This document shows positions 37,035 through 46,692 of a DNA stretch of 64,000 nucleotides, one piece after another. The notes under the pieces were generated by a model. It made no database searches, was not told where the DNA came from, and saw only the letters and a program-made list of their open reading frames with translations. The DNA lies in contig CAXBPY010000002.1 in the NCBI GenBank assembly GCA_963977675.1, positions 4,176 through 68,175 of the forward strand, written 5' to 3'. Position numbers and translations under genes: made by a program. Each line of letters opens with the position of its first letter. Position 1 is the first letter of the stretch. The DNA is from an uncultured bacterium. GTDB taxonomy: Bacteria; Bacteroidota; Bacteroidia; Chitinophagales; UBA10324.

Positions 37035-37585
37035 TATTTCAATGGGCTTTCCTTTAGCTTGATTGTGCCCCGTATTTTTTTTATCTTATAGTTTGTCAAA
37101 TCACTGTTCGCTTCAAGGCCATCACCATAAATGATTTCATCTGCTGTTTGGATTTTAACAAACTTGTTGCTTGTTATTTTCTCAGTTTGATCATTCCATA
37201 TAAGTTCCTCAGTTTCCAATTTTTCACCTTTAACATTTACAACCACAACACTGTCACGCACGATCATCTCGTGCGATTTTTCGTAGGTGACACCATAACG
37301 GGCCGTGAGCTTGCTCTCCTGCTTCAATGAATCATCGAAGAAAATAATTTTCAGTCCGTCCGGTAATTCAGAGTAGGGATTTTTATCACGATGGCGAAGA
37401 AGTGAGGGTGCCTGCATTCGGGCTTTAACTTTTCCCTGGCTGCTGTAGAGCACTTCTATATCCTTTCCGGTTTCAACTGATGCTTCTTTCGGTGAAGAAA
37501 CTTTATTGATATCTGATAAATCATTTTCGCATGAGAGTAATAACGAGAGCAGAAGCGATAAAAAAAAATTAAAAAGAAATTTCAT
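37034..37585 (-). CDS. lptC: LptC-like lipoprotein (OstA-like fold)
   Basis: The ATG at 37585 gives MKFLFNFFLSLLLSLLLSC (lipobox). The later part (ARYGVTYEKSHEMIVRDSVVVVNVKGEKLETEELIWNDQTEKI) fits the LptC pattern from memory. Confidence 0.5.
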   Translation of the reverse strand: MKFLFNFFLSLLLSLLLSCENDLSDINKVSSPKEASVETGKDIEVLYSSQGKVKARMQAPSLLRHRDKNPYSELPDGLKIIFFDDSLKQESKLTARYGVTYEKSHEMIVRDSVVVVNVKGEKLETEELIWNDQTEKITSNKFVKIQTADEIIYGDGLEANSDLTNYKIKKIRGTIKLKESPLK

Positions 37586-37609
37586 TCGGCCGCGAAAAAT
37601 AGGAATCAA

Positions 37610-39943
37610 TTATTCAAGATAGGTTACGGTAATGATTGCATTGGAGTTTACACCTTTGTCATCTGTGCAGCTCACCTTCACTTTTCCAGGCGGTGGAGTA
37701 AAAAATATTTTTTCAGTGGCATCAGTTTCCTGCAAAAATTTATCGTTCACATACCAATATACTTTTTTCACATCATTGCCCGCTTGGCACGAAAGCGCCA
37801 CCCGGTTATTTCCCTTCTTTTCTAATATATATTCTCCTCCGTCTGAAGGAGAAATAATTTTTGGCGCTTCACTGCTAAATACTCTTTTGCAATCAGGATT
37901 GTGCGGAGGAATTTTTTGATAAGGAATATTCTGAGACTCATAAAAATCAATTAGCTCCGGTGAAAGGTTTGGAAATAATTTTTTTTTGTATCCAATATCC
38001 GGAACACAGCTCATGCAGTAAGAGATGGTTTCATCAGGCGACACATAAACATATTTTTCATGCTGACATTTTTGATTAGGCGAAATTCCGGGAATGAAAT
38101 AATCCATCACAGCATCTGAACAAAAATCATTGAGTGGTAGTCCGGATTGAGAACATACATACCGGATATTCATTTCTTGCGGCATGGTGAACCAATCGTT
38201 AGTTGAATTGTAATCAATAGCATTGAACAAATCAAACAACAATGGCGTGGCTACTTCGGCGCCTGAAAGTTCGGGAACGCCCTCGCCGGTAAAGTTTCCA
38301 ACCCAGACTCCAATTGTAAATCGTTTGTTGTATCCAATACTCCACGCATCTCTTCGGCCAAAGGAAGTTCCTGTTTTCCACGCAATCTTCGGAAGGTGAA
38401 CCAGGTTTTGATATTGAAGCGGCAAATCCGGACGGGCTAACCCGCTGAGAATATCAGTTATCATAAATGCTGCTGATGAAGAAAATAATTGCTGCGTTAA
38501 ATGAGCTGAATCATTATAAGCAAATTGAGGCTCCCTAAAATTTCCATCAGTTGCAAAGGAAGAAAACAGGCCAACTAATTCTTCCAACCGCACACCACAA
38601 CCACCAAGAATTGTAGAAAGTCCAAGCTTGTTTCCATCCTTACTCACTTGACGAAATCCAGCGGCTTGCAGTTTCTGAATAAAATATTTTACTCCCAGGT
38701 CAGCCAGAACTTTCACTGCAGGAATGTTGAGTGAATTTGCCAATGCAAAATCAACTGTAACATTTCCACGAAACTTCTCATCATAGTTTTCCGGGTTATA
38801 ACCATTGTAGTTTACCGGCACATCAGCAATTATTGTTTTTGGTGTAATCAATCCTTTGTCAAACGAAAGCGCATATAGAAATGGTTTCAGTGTACTCCCG
38901 GGTGATCGGACAGCCTTTACTCCATCCACCATGCCGTTATGCAATGCATCATTCAAATCAGCAGATCCGAGATAAGCAACCACTGCCTTTGTTTTATTAT
39001 CCAAAATCATGACAGCCGAATTAAAAACACCGTAGCTTTTCACTCGCTGCAAATAATTATATGCAAGCTCCCTTGTTTTTGCCTGTACCAGTGAATTGAT
39101 ATGCGTGTGAATGATTGCAAGCGAGGGAAATTTTTTCTTTAGCCTGAAAGCCAATTGAGAAATTTGTTGAGGCACTTCGTGGCGCTTTACATCAAGTGGT
39201 TCCAATTCGGCGTCCTTGATTTCTTCAACCGAAAAAATTTTTTCGCTTCTGAAATTTTCAAGCCATCGGTTTCTTTCTTTCCTGATATAATCATTATTCT
39301 TTCCGAGCTGCAATGAAGAAGGTCGATTAGGAATTATTGCAAGAGTTACCGTCTGAGCAAGTGATAAATGTTCCGGTGTTTGCTGAAAAAAAATAATGCT
39401 TGCCGATTTCACTCCTTCAATATTGCTGCCATATGGAACGAGGTTCAAATACATCTGCAGAATTTCATCTTTTGAATAATACCATTCCAATTGAAATGCC
39501 CTGAAAATTTCTTTCAGTTTCGAAAACACTGAGCGCTCTTTCGGTTCTAACATTCGTGCGACCTGCATTGTAATCGTACTTGCACCAGATGTTCTTCTGC
39601 CAGAAAACATATTGTTGGCAGCTGCGCGGCATATGGCCACCGGGTTTACACCAAAGTGATAATAAAAATACTTGTCCTCTTTATTGATAATTGCTTTTCT
39701 CAGCTGCGGAGTGATTTCTGTCAACTCGGTTTTCATCCTCCACTTCTCATTGTTGTTCAGAAAAGCATGAATCACATTCCCACTTTCGTCGGTGATGATG
39801 GTTGAATAATTCAAATCAATTTTCAGTGGGAAAATAAGATTCAGGATAAATAAAATGCTTACTAAAACTATTACTGAAATGATTAATCGCTTCAGATTTT
39901 TTTTTGAAAAAAACTTTTTGAAAACCTTCATAACTTTCTTCAT
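37610..39943 (-). CDS. pbpC: penicillin-binding protein 1C type (class A PBP with C-terminal extra domain)
   Basis: 777 aa. GT51 motifs EDKYFYYHFGVNP and SGASTITMQVA. Transpeptidase motifs STLKP, SLN and KTGTS. The long C-terminal beta-rich domain and overall size fit PbpC. Confidence 0.8.
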   Translation of the reverse strand: MKKVMKVFKKFFSKKNLKRLIISVIVLVSILFILNLIFPLKIDLNYSTIITDESGNVIHAFLNNNEKWRMKTELTEITPQLRKAIINKEDKYFYYHFGVNPVAICRAAANNMFSGRRTSGASTITMQVARMLEPKERSVFSKLKEIFRAFQLEWYYSKDEILQMYLNLVPYGSNIEGVKSASIIFFQQTPEHLSLAQTVTLAIIPNRPSSLQLGKNNDYIRKERNRWLENFRSEKIFSVEEIKDAELEPLDVKRHEVPQQISQLAFRLKKKFPSLAIIHTHINSLVQAKTRELAYNYLQRVKSYGVFNSAVMILDNKTKAVVAYLGSADLNDALHNGMVDGVKAVRSPGSTLKPFLYALSFDKGLITPKTIIADVPVNYNGYNPENYDEKFRGNVTVDFALANSLNIPAVKVLADLGVKYFIQKLQAAGFRQVSKDGNKLGLSTILGGCGVRLEELVGLFSSFATDGNFREPQFAYNDSAHLTQQLFSSSAAFMITDILSGLARPDLPLQYQNLVHLPKIAWKTGTSFGRRDAWSIGYNKRFTIGVWVGNFTGEGVPELSGAEVATPLLFDLFNAIDYNSTNDWFTMPQEMNIRYVCSQSGLPLNDFCSDAVMDYFIPGISPNQKCQHEKYVYVSPDETISYCMSCVPDIGYKKKLFPNLSPELIDFYESQNIPYQKIPPHNPDCKRVFSSEAPKIISPSDGGEYILEKKGNNRVALSCQAGNDVKKVYWYVNDKFLQETDATEKIFFTPPPGKVKVSCTDDKGVNSNAIITVTYLE

Positions 39944-40120
39944 AAAAAATAAATTTTCAATAGGTATGAATATGATGCTGATGAAAGTTATTCCTTAAAC
40001 GAAAAAAAATAATTCTTATTTCATTACTTCAAATTGTTAATGTGATTTATGTGTGCAAAAGCAGGTAAATGAGGGACAATTTCATTTTTTTATTTCACTG
40101 ATCTTAATACATTACGCCCC

Positions 40121-40810
40121 ATGAAAAAGAATAAGAAGGATAAGAATATGAAAAAGCCGGTTAAGGCAAAAAAAGCATCTAAGGCCCCTGCAAAACCAAA
40201 AGCAAAGAGCGCTAAGCCAAAGTACGAAAAGAAAAAAACTACAAAGCCGGCTAAGGCTGCAAAGTCTAAACCTGTAAAACCAGAAAAGGTAAAGCCACCA
40301 AAAAAAGAAAAGATAAAAAAAGAGAAACCACCTAAACCTGAGAAAGCGCCCAAACTTCCTAAATTACCCAAGCTCAGGAAAACTAAGGTTAAAACAAAAA
40401 AGGAAGTTATTGAACTTCCGCCACCACCCGACAACAAAAAGCGGATTTCGCTAGAGTATGTTGTTCGTTCATCTCCTGTTATTCTTTATGACTTCGTTTC
40501 GAACCCTAGTAATATGGCGCAGTGGTTTGCAGATTCAGTTGACAGCAACAGGGGGATTTATACATTCAAATGGGATGATGGTACCGAACGCGAAGCGCGT
40601 GTGATTGACAGCGAACCTGCACAGTATATAAAATACCAATGGCTCACTGGGCATCCGGGCGAGTTTTTTGAATTCCGAATCACACATACCGAAATTACCG
40701 GGGACACCGTTCTAACAATCACTGATTTTTCTGATCCACTCGATTATGAAAATGACATTGATCTTTGGAAAAGTCAAATCCATGAGATGCTGATGCGCAT
40801 GGGTTCCTAA
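40121..40810 (+). CDS. START/AHSA1-like (SRPBCC) domain protein with lysine-rich N-terminal extension
   Basis: 229 aa. Residues about 1-105 are K/P/A low complexity (KKPVKAKKASKAPAKPKAKSAKPK...). Residues about 110-229 (ISLEYVVRSSPVILYDFVSNPSNMAQWFAD...) look like an SRPBCC ligand-binding fold. Confidence 0.65.
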   Translation: MKKNKKDKNMKKPVKAKKASKAPAKPKAKSAKPKYEKKKTTKPAKAAKSKPVKPEKVKPPKKEKIKKEKPPKPEKAPKLPKLPKLRKTKVKTKKEVIELPPPPDNKKRISLEYVVRSSPVILYDFVSNPSNMAQWFADSVDSNRGIYTFKWDDGTEREARVIDSEPAQYIKYQWLTGHPGEFFEFRITHTEITGDTVLTITDFSDPLDYENDIDLWKSQIHEMLMRMGS

Positions 40811-40815
40811 AAAAT

Positions 40816-41424
40816 TCAGCCGGAAATTATTTGCTGAAATAATTTTTGGTAGGATTGAAAAAATCCGACTGCTTTTTCGAATTCAGATAAAGTGTGAACG
40901 GCCGAAAGTTTCAGGTATCCGTTTCGTACTGCTGTTGAAGAAATCATTTTCAAATTATCGCTTTTCAGTAAAACAAAATTTTCCTCATCCACTTTATGAA
41001 TCCACGAACTTTTATTGAGTGACAAGTAAATTTTTTTTTCTGCAAGCTGTTCCTGATTTCTTTCAATGATTGGTAAATATTTTTTCAAACTCTCGCCACT
41101 CAGTTGAAAGTTGCAGGCAAAATAGAACCCCCACCAAAAAAAATTCCGGACAGCAAAAACATTTTCATTACTGAAATTCCTCGGATAGTCGAGCATTAAC
41201 CACGGAAACCCTTTATAATTTTCGCCTCGCGAAATTTTTCCTTCCAATATTTTCCAATCTTGCTGCGCAATAATTTTCTTCCAATCAAGTTTAAGCTCCT
41301 GATCATTGACCACCCCTGAAAAAATTGATTCCACTTTATGGGAAATTTCTCTTTTCACTTCGAAAAAACGGCAGTTATTAATTGCCAAACGCTCTTCTTC
41401 TGAAAGAATTATTTTAGTTTGCAT
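40816..41424 (-). CDS. hypothetical protein
   Basis: 202-aa ORF with no signal peptide and no nameable motif. Trp/Phe-rich core (FPWLMLDYPRNF, NFFWWGFYFACNF). Confidence 0.5.
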   Translation of the reverse strand: MQTKIILSEEERLAINNCRFFEVKREISHKVESIFSGVVNDQELKLDWKKIIAQQDWKILEGKISRGENYKGFPWLMLDYPRNFSNENVFAVRNFFWWGFYFACNFQLSGESLKKYLPIIERNQEQLAEKKIYLSLNKSSWIHKVDEENFVLLKSDNLKMISSTAVRNGYLKLSAVHTLSEFEKAVGFFQSYQKLFQQIISG

Positions 41425-41439
41425 CGCTCGAAATATAGA

Positions 41440-42876
41440 TTGAAAAAGATAGACAAACTTGTTCTCCGCAGTTTCATTGGTCCGTTTATCGTCACCTTTT
41501 TTATTACACTGTTTGTTCTCATCATGCAGTTTCTCTGGAAATATGCTGATGATTTAGTGGGCAAAGGTTTGGAATGGTATATCGTAGGCGAATTATTGTT
41601 TTATGCTTCCAGCACTTTTGTTCCGCTTGCCCTGCCATTAGCTGTGATGCTCTCATCCATCATGACTATGGGAAGCATGGGGGAATTTTATGAACTTACT
41701 TCTTTAAAGTCTTCAGGAATTTCGTTAATAAAAATTGCCCGTTCGCTGATTGTTTTGAGTATCCTGTTAAGTTTAGGGTCTTATCTGTTTGCCAATTATG
41801 TTCAACCCGCATCTCAACTACAATTCAACTCACTGCTTTATGATGTTACAGAACAGAAACCTGCGCTAAACATTAAGCCCGGAGTTTTTTATAATGGAAT
41901 TGATGGCTACAGCATTCGTATTGGTAAAAAACTTTCGGACAACCAAACCATTCTGGATGTAATGGTCTATGACCACACAAGCGGGCGCGGAAATGACAAT
42001 GTCCTAATAGCTAAAAAAGGGAAAATGTTTCTGACAACTGACAAGCGATACATGATTCTCGAACTCTTTAATGGAAAACAATACCAGGAACTATATGGCA
42101 ATGACCGGAAAGAAACAGATCATGAGCAGGCCCGGATCAATTTTAATTATTGGAAAAAAATATTTGATCTCTCCGATTTCAAAATGACCCGAACTGATGT
42201 AAACCTTTTTAAAGACAATTATCAAATGATGAATCAGGAGCAACTCTCGCGTTCGCTCGACACATTTGAAATGGAGAAAACTTCGCAGGTAACTCAGTTA
42301 AGAAAATTCATAGGACCATTTCTGTCGTTCCTAAAATTCAATTTTGATAGTTTGATGACGCAGGAAAATGCTTCGCAGAAAATAGATACAGTGCTTCGCT
42401 ATCAAAAATTATCAAACGAAGAAAAAATCAAGGCACTGAGTGTGGCAGCCATTAATATCCGGAACATAAAAGGTTATGCATCTTTCACACAAAGTTCTAT
42501 TCACAACAAAGATGAGTTAGTTGTTCGTCATAAAATTGAATGGTGGCGCAAAATCACGCTGGCTATTGCATGTTTCTTATTATTTCTGATAGGTGCTCCG
42601 CTTGGTGCCATCATTCGCAAAGGCGGATTGGGACTGCCGTTTGTAATTGCTGTGGTGTTCTTTGTTTTCTTTTACATGCTAACTGTGACCGGAGAAAAAT
42701 TTGCCAAAGAATATGTTACCTCGGCTTTTACCGGCATGTGGTTGTCTTCGGCGATCTTGCTGCCCATTGGAATTTATCTGACTTATAAAGCCACGCACGA
42801 CAGTGTTATATTCAATGTTGAGACTTACATTGACATGATGAAAGGGTTTGGTAAAATTTTTATTCGCCGCAGATGA
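41440..42876 (+). CDS. LptF/LptG-family permease
   Basis: The track ORF starts at TTG 41419. TTG at 41440 gives (M)KKIDKLVLRSFIGPFIVTF, the usual YjgP/YjgQ N-terminus. Layout is 3 TM, a large loop, then 3 TM. There is no in-frame ATG before TM1. Confidence 0.8.
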   Translation: MKKIDKLVLRSFIGPFIVTFFITLFVLIMQFLWKYADDLVGKGLEWYIVGELLFYASSTFVPLALPLAVMLSSIMTMGSMGEFYELTSLKSSGISLIKIARSLIVLSILLSLGSYLFANYVQPASQLQFNSLLYDVTEQKPALNIKPGVFYNGIDGYSIRIGKKLSDNQTILDVMVYDHTSGRGNDNVLIAKKGKMFLTTDKRYMILELFNGKQYQELYGNDRKETDHEQARINFNYWKKIFDLSDFKMTRTDVNLFKDNYQMMNQEQLSRSLDTFEMEKTSQVTQLRKFIGPFLSFLKFNFDSLMTQENASQKIDTVLRYQKLSNEEKIKALSVAAINIRNIKGYASFTQSSIHNKDELVVRHKIEWWRKITLAIACFLLFLIGAPLGAIIRKGGLGLPFVIAVVFFVFFYMLTVTGEKFAKEYVTSAFTGMWLSSAILLPIGIYLTYKATHDSVIFNVETYIDMMKGFGKIFIRRR

Positions 42877-43538
42877 TGAGGATAATTAATTCAGTTGTCA
42901 GGCCGGGAAAGACCTTTCTTATTTATTGGCTGATGAGCTTAATTGTACTCAGCTACTTTGCCTGCACACATCACAGAGGCGAACTCGAATTAAACTGGAA
43001 TCAACAGCACACTGTTTTTGCCGATTATTTTTTCTCCTACATAACCTGGCTTGGCAGTGGTTGGAGCTTTGCAATTTTTGTTTTTGCGATGCTATTCGTT
43101 GACAGGCGAAAATTTTTTGTTTCACTTGCTTCATCGCTACTGGTGCTGATTACAGTTACTTTATTTAAGCAATACTTTTATCCGGGCGAGCCGCGGCCTC
43201 TCTCCTTTTTCAATGATTCTGTACTTGTACATATTCCTGATGGGGAAGAAAAACTTTTTTACGGAAGCTTTCCTTCAGGTCATACGATGTCGGCATTCAG
43301 TATGCTGTTTCTCGCATCAGTTTTTTTCTCAAACCGTTACATGCAGCTATTTCTTTTCATGCTTGCCATCATCACCGGCTTATCCCGCATTTATCTCATG
43401 GTTCACTTTATAGAAGATGTGTTGCTTGGAGAAACCCTTGGCGTGCTGCTCACGATTCTTGTTCTAGTAATAGCTGAAATTTATTTTCCATCCGAAAAAA
43501 TTAACCGCCCGCTTATTCGAATTAGGAAGAATGAATAA
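42873..43538 (+). CDS. PAP2-family phosphatase (lipid phosphate phosphatase type)
   Basis: 221 aa. Motifs KQYFYPGEPRP, PSGHT and SRIYLMVHFIEDV. Overlaps the upstream gene by 4 nt. Confidence 0.85.
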   Translation: MMRIINSVVRPGKTFLIYWLMSLIVLSYFACTHHRGELELNWNQQHTVFADYFFSYITWLGSGWSFAIFVFAMLFVDRRKFFVSLASSLLVLITVTLFKQYFYPGEPRPLSFFNDSVLVHIPDGEEKLFYGSFPSGHTMSAFSMLFLASVFFSNRYMQLFLFMLAIITGLSRIYLMVHFIEDVLLGETLGVLLTILVLVIAEIYFPSEKINRPLIRIRKNE

Positions 43539-45153
43539 AAAAAATTATTGGCCTTATCTCCTGATATCTGCAATTGCGGCAATTCTCTATTTGCCATTTC
43601 TTGGTCATGTTCGTCTCTTTGATTGGGATGAAATAAATTTTGCGGAGTGCGCACGCGAAATGCTCATCACCCGCGACTTTCTGCATGTTCAGATAAACTA
43701 TCATCCCTTTTATGAAAAACCTCCTCTTTTCATTTGGATGCAGGCATTGAGCATGATGCTTTTCGGCGTAAATGAATTTGCTGCGCGCTTTCCAAATGCA
43801 CTTTGCGGAATCCTTACCCTCATCGTTTTATTTTTCATTGGGAAAAAAGAATTCAGTTCAAGGTTTGGCTGGTGGTGGATGTGGGCCTATGCTGGAAGTA
43901 TTTTACCTCAGTTTTATTTTAAGAGTGGAATAATTGATCCTTGGTTTAACCTTTTCATATTCCTTTCTGTTTATCAGAATTTTATTCTTGAAAGAAAAAA
44001 AAATCTTGGCCAGTCGGGCGTGAGAAATGCAGTATACACTGCAATATTTTTAGGATTAGCAGTGCTCACAAAGGGACCGGTAGCGCTTATCATTTTTATT
44101 CTTTGCTGGCTCGCTTCGCGGCTTACAATTCAGGGAAGAAAAAATTTATTTAATCCTGAATTATTAATTCTTGTTTTCGTTACAATCATAGTTTCCTCAT
44201 CATGGTTCGTCATGATTTGGTTTCATGATGGAAGCGGACAGTTAAAATTGTTTATCAATTATCAATGGAAATTATTGACGACAGGAGAAGCCGGTCACGG
44301 TGAGCCTTTCTATTATCACTGGGTGATCCTGCTATTCGGATGTTTTCCGGCATCAGTACTACTATTTCTTCGAAATAAAAATCCAGGCAATGAATCCTCA
44401 TCACAGATTGAATGGAAAAATTATATGTGGATCATGCTTCTTGTTGTCCTGATTCTTTTTTCAATTGTAAAAACCAAAATTGTTCATTACTCATCTCTCT
44501 GTTATTTCCCGTTAACATTTTTAGCTGCACGCTCGCTTTATCTTCATGGTGTGGAGTGGAAGAATAAAACAGGTATGAATCTCTTATTCTGGATTATAGG
44601 TCTTAGCATATCGTGTGTTTTAATTCTTCTTCCTTACTTGGGAACTCATATTGAATCTGTCTCTAATTTGGTTTTAGATCCATTCACCAAAGAAAATATG
44701 AAAACGAGTGTTCAATGGCCATGGTGGACTTTTGTTCCCGGTATAATTTTTCTTATTTCAATTCCTGCTTCATATCTGCTTCACAAGCGATTTCAAAATC
44801 GTTTTCTATTTCAATTTGCTGCTACAATCCTGGTCATACAGTTATCTCAATTATTTATTGTACCTCGAATTGAAAAATATACCCAGGATGTTCCGGCAAG
44901 TTTTTATCAATCTCTGAAGGGAAAGGATGTTTATGTAGAGGTGTACGGGATGAAGAGCTATGCTCATCTTTTTTACTTTCAAAAACCATTTGAAAAAAAT
45001 AACCTCTCTATTGATTCACTGCTCGACGGAAAAATTACTAAGCCGGCCTACTTTGTTGCGCGCATTGATGTTCCATGGAATATTCTCAATCATCAGGGAG
45101 TGAAAGAAGTTTTCAGAAAGAATGGCTTTGTTTTTTACCGCCGTGATCCATAG
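43531..45153 (+). CDS. GT-C family 39 glycosyltransferase (ArnT/PMT-like)
   Basis: 540 aa, about 12 TM. N-terminal loop DWDEINFAECAREM and YEKPPLFIWMQA. Overlaps the PAP2 gene by 8 nt. Confidence 0.8.
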   Translation: MNKKNYWPYLLISAIAAILYLPFLGHVRLFDWDEINFAECAREMLITRDFLHVQINYHPFYEKPPLFIWMQALSMMLFGVNEFAARFPNALCGILTLIVLFFIGKKEFSSRFGWWWMWAYAGSILPQFYFKSGIIDPWFNLFIFLSVYQNFILERKKNLGQSGVRNAVYTAIFLGLAVLTKGPVALIIFILCWLASRLTIQGRKNLFNPELLILVFVTIIVSSSWFVMIWFHDGSGQLKLFINYQWKLLTTGEAGHGEPFYYHWVILLFGCFPASVLLFLRNKNPGNESSSQIEWKNYMWIMLLVVLILFSIVKTKIVHYSSLCYFPLTFLAARSLYLHGVEWKNKTGMNLLFWIIGLSISCVLILLPYLGTHIESVSNLVLDPFTKENMKTSVQWPWWTFVPGIIFLISIPASYLLHKRFQNRFLFQFAATILVIQLSQLFIVPRIEKYTQDVPASFYQSLKGKDVYVEVYGMKSYAHLFYFQKPFEKNNLSIDSLLDGKITKPAYFVARIDVPWNILNHQGVKEVFRKNGFVFYRRDP

Positions 45154-45158
45154 ATGAC

Positions 45159-46433
45159 ATGACAGAAGCATTTCTTCATTACATATGGAAAATGAAATTG
45201 CTGAAATACTCAGCGCTGAAAACTATTTCCGGTGAAGAAATTTCAATATTGAAAACCGGAGAGCACAATCTGGATGCCGGACCAGATTTCCTGAATGCCA
45301 GAATAAAAATCGGGAACACCACCTGGGCAGGTTCAGTAGAAATACATATCAAGTCAAGTGATTGGCGAAAACATAAACACTCAAATGATCCGGCTTATGA
45401 TAATGTAATTCTTCATGTGGTATATGAAAATGATGATGAAATTCTTTCGAAGATCGAAAAGCCAATTCATACTGTTGAACTGAAAGGGAAGTTTGATCAA
45501 AAACTTTTTTATAACTATGAAAGACTTCAAAATTCTTCAAGCGAAATTCCGTGCAGCACCAGTATTTCAGGCGTCAGAGAATTTACTATTAAGTCCTGGC
45601 TTTCGCGTATGCTCATCGACCGACTCGAAGAAAAATCCTCACGAATTGAAACTTCATTTACAAAAAACAAAGGCGATTGGGAAGTAACTTTTTATCATCA
45701 GCTCGCACGCGCTTTCGGAACCCGGTTGAATGGCGATGCTTTTCAGCAAACTGCGGAAACCCTGCCGCTGCAAGTCTTAGCAAAGAATAAGAACAATCTG
45801 CTGATTCTTGAATCACTATTATTTGGTTGCGCTGGCTGGCTTGACGGAAATGTGAAAGATGAATACATGCTGAAGCTTCGAAAAGAATTTTTATTTCAAC
45901 AGAAAAAATTTTCTCTTTCAGCTATTCAAAAACAACAATGGAAATTGCTTCGCCTCCGGCCGGCTAATTTTCCTACGCAACGGCTGGCTCAATTTGCTGC
46001 TCTGGTTCATCAGTCTTCCCATCTGTTCAGTAAGATTCTGAACACAGAATCAGTTTCCAGTCTAAGAAAATATTTTAAGGTAAAAAGCAGCCCCTATTGG
46101 GAAACTCATTTATTGCCCGGCAAAAATTCCGCGGAACATTCTACACTGCTCACTGATGATTTCATTGATCTTCTATTGATCAACACAGTAATTCCAGTGG
46201 TTTTTTACTATGGAAAAATAAAAGATGATGATGCATTAAAAAATAAAGCATTAAACTGGCTTGATTCCATTCCATCTGAAAACAATTTCATCATTCGCGA
46301 ATGGAAAGAAGCGGGAGTTAAATCCAAGTCTGCATATGATTCTCAAGCTTTGCTTCATTTGCGCAAAAATTTATGCAGTAAAAAACTCTGTCTTCATTGC
46401 GGAATTGGTCATTCAATATTGAAAAACATTTGA
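45159..46433 (+). CDS. DUF2851-like protein
   Basis: 424 aa. The N-terminus MTEAFLHYIWKMKLL and the C-terminal CLHCGIG motif match my recollection of DUF2851. Confidence 0.55.
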   Translation: MTEAFLHYIWKMKLLKYSALKTISGEEISILKTGEHNLDAGPDFLNARIKIGNTTWAGSVEIHIKSSDWRKHKHSNDPAYDNVILHVVYENDDEILSKIEKPIHTVELKGKFDQKLFYNYERLQNSSSEIPCSTSISGVREFTIKSWLSRMLIDRLEEKSSRIETSFTKNKGDWEVTFYHQLARAFGTRLNGDAFQQTAETLPLQVLAKNKNNLLILESLLFGCAGWLDGNVKDEYMLKLRKEFLFQQKKFSLSAIQKQQWKLLRLRPANFPTQRLAQFAALVHQSSHLFSKILNTESVSSLRKYFKVKSSPYWETHLLPGKNSAEHSTLLTDDFIDLLLINTVIPVVFYYGKIKDDDALKNKALNWLDSIPSENNFIIREWKEAGVKSKSAYDSQALLHLRKNLCSKKLCLHCGIGHSILKNI

Positions 46434-46476
46434 CTGAAAATATTTACAATTCACCGCTCTCGCCTACTTTAGTTTC

Positions 46477-46692
46477 ATGAATCGCATCAAACTGCTAATT
46501 GAGAAAAATATTTTCGGAGTCTGTTCCTCTATCGGAGAGCGCCTCGGAATTGCTCCATCAACCGTGCGGCTTTATTTTATTTATACTTCATTCATTAACC
46601 TGACCAGCCCGCTGATAATTTACCTTGTATTTGCATTCTGGATTAACATGAAAAAATATCTTACCTCAAAAAGAAATCCGGTTTGGGAATGA
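46477..46692 (+). CDS. PspC-domain membrane protein
   Basis: 71 aa. GVCSSIGERLGIAPSTVRLYFIY followed by a TM helix. Confidence 0.7.
   Translation: MNRIKLLIEKNIFGVCSSIGERLGIAPSTVRLYFIYTSFINLTSPLIIYLVFAFWINMKKYLTSKRNPVWE

Noticed and set aside
40090-40437. 115-aa minus-strand ORF rich in G/F/L (MLSGGGGSSITSFFVLTLVFLSLG...).
   Set aside because: It is the antisense shadow of the lysine-codon-rich (AAA/AAG) N-terminal extension of the 40121-40810 gene. Its low-complexity composition is exactly what reverse-complementing K/P/A codons produces.
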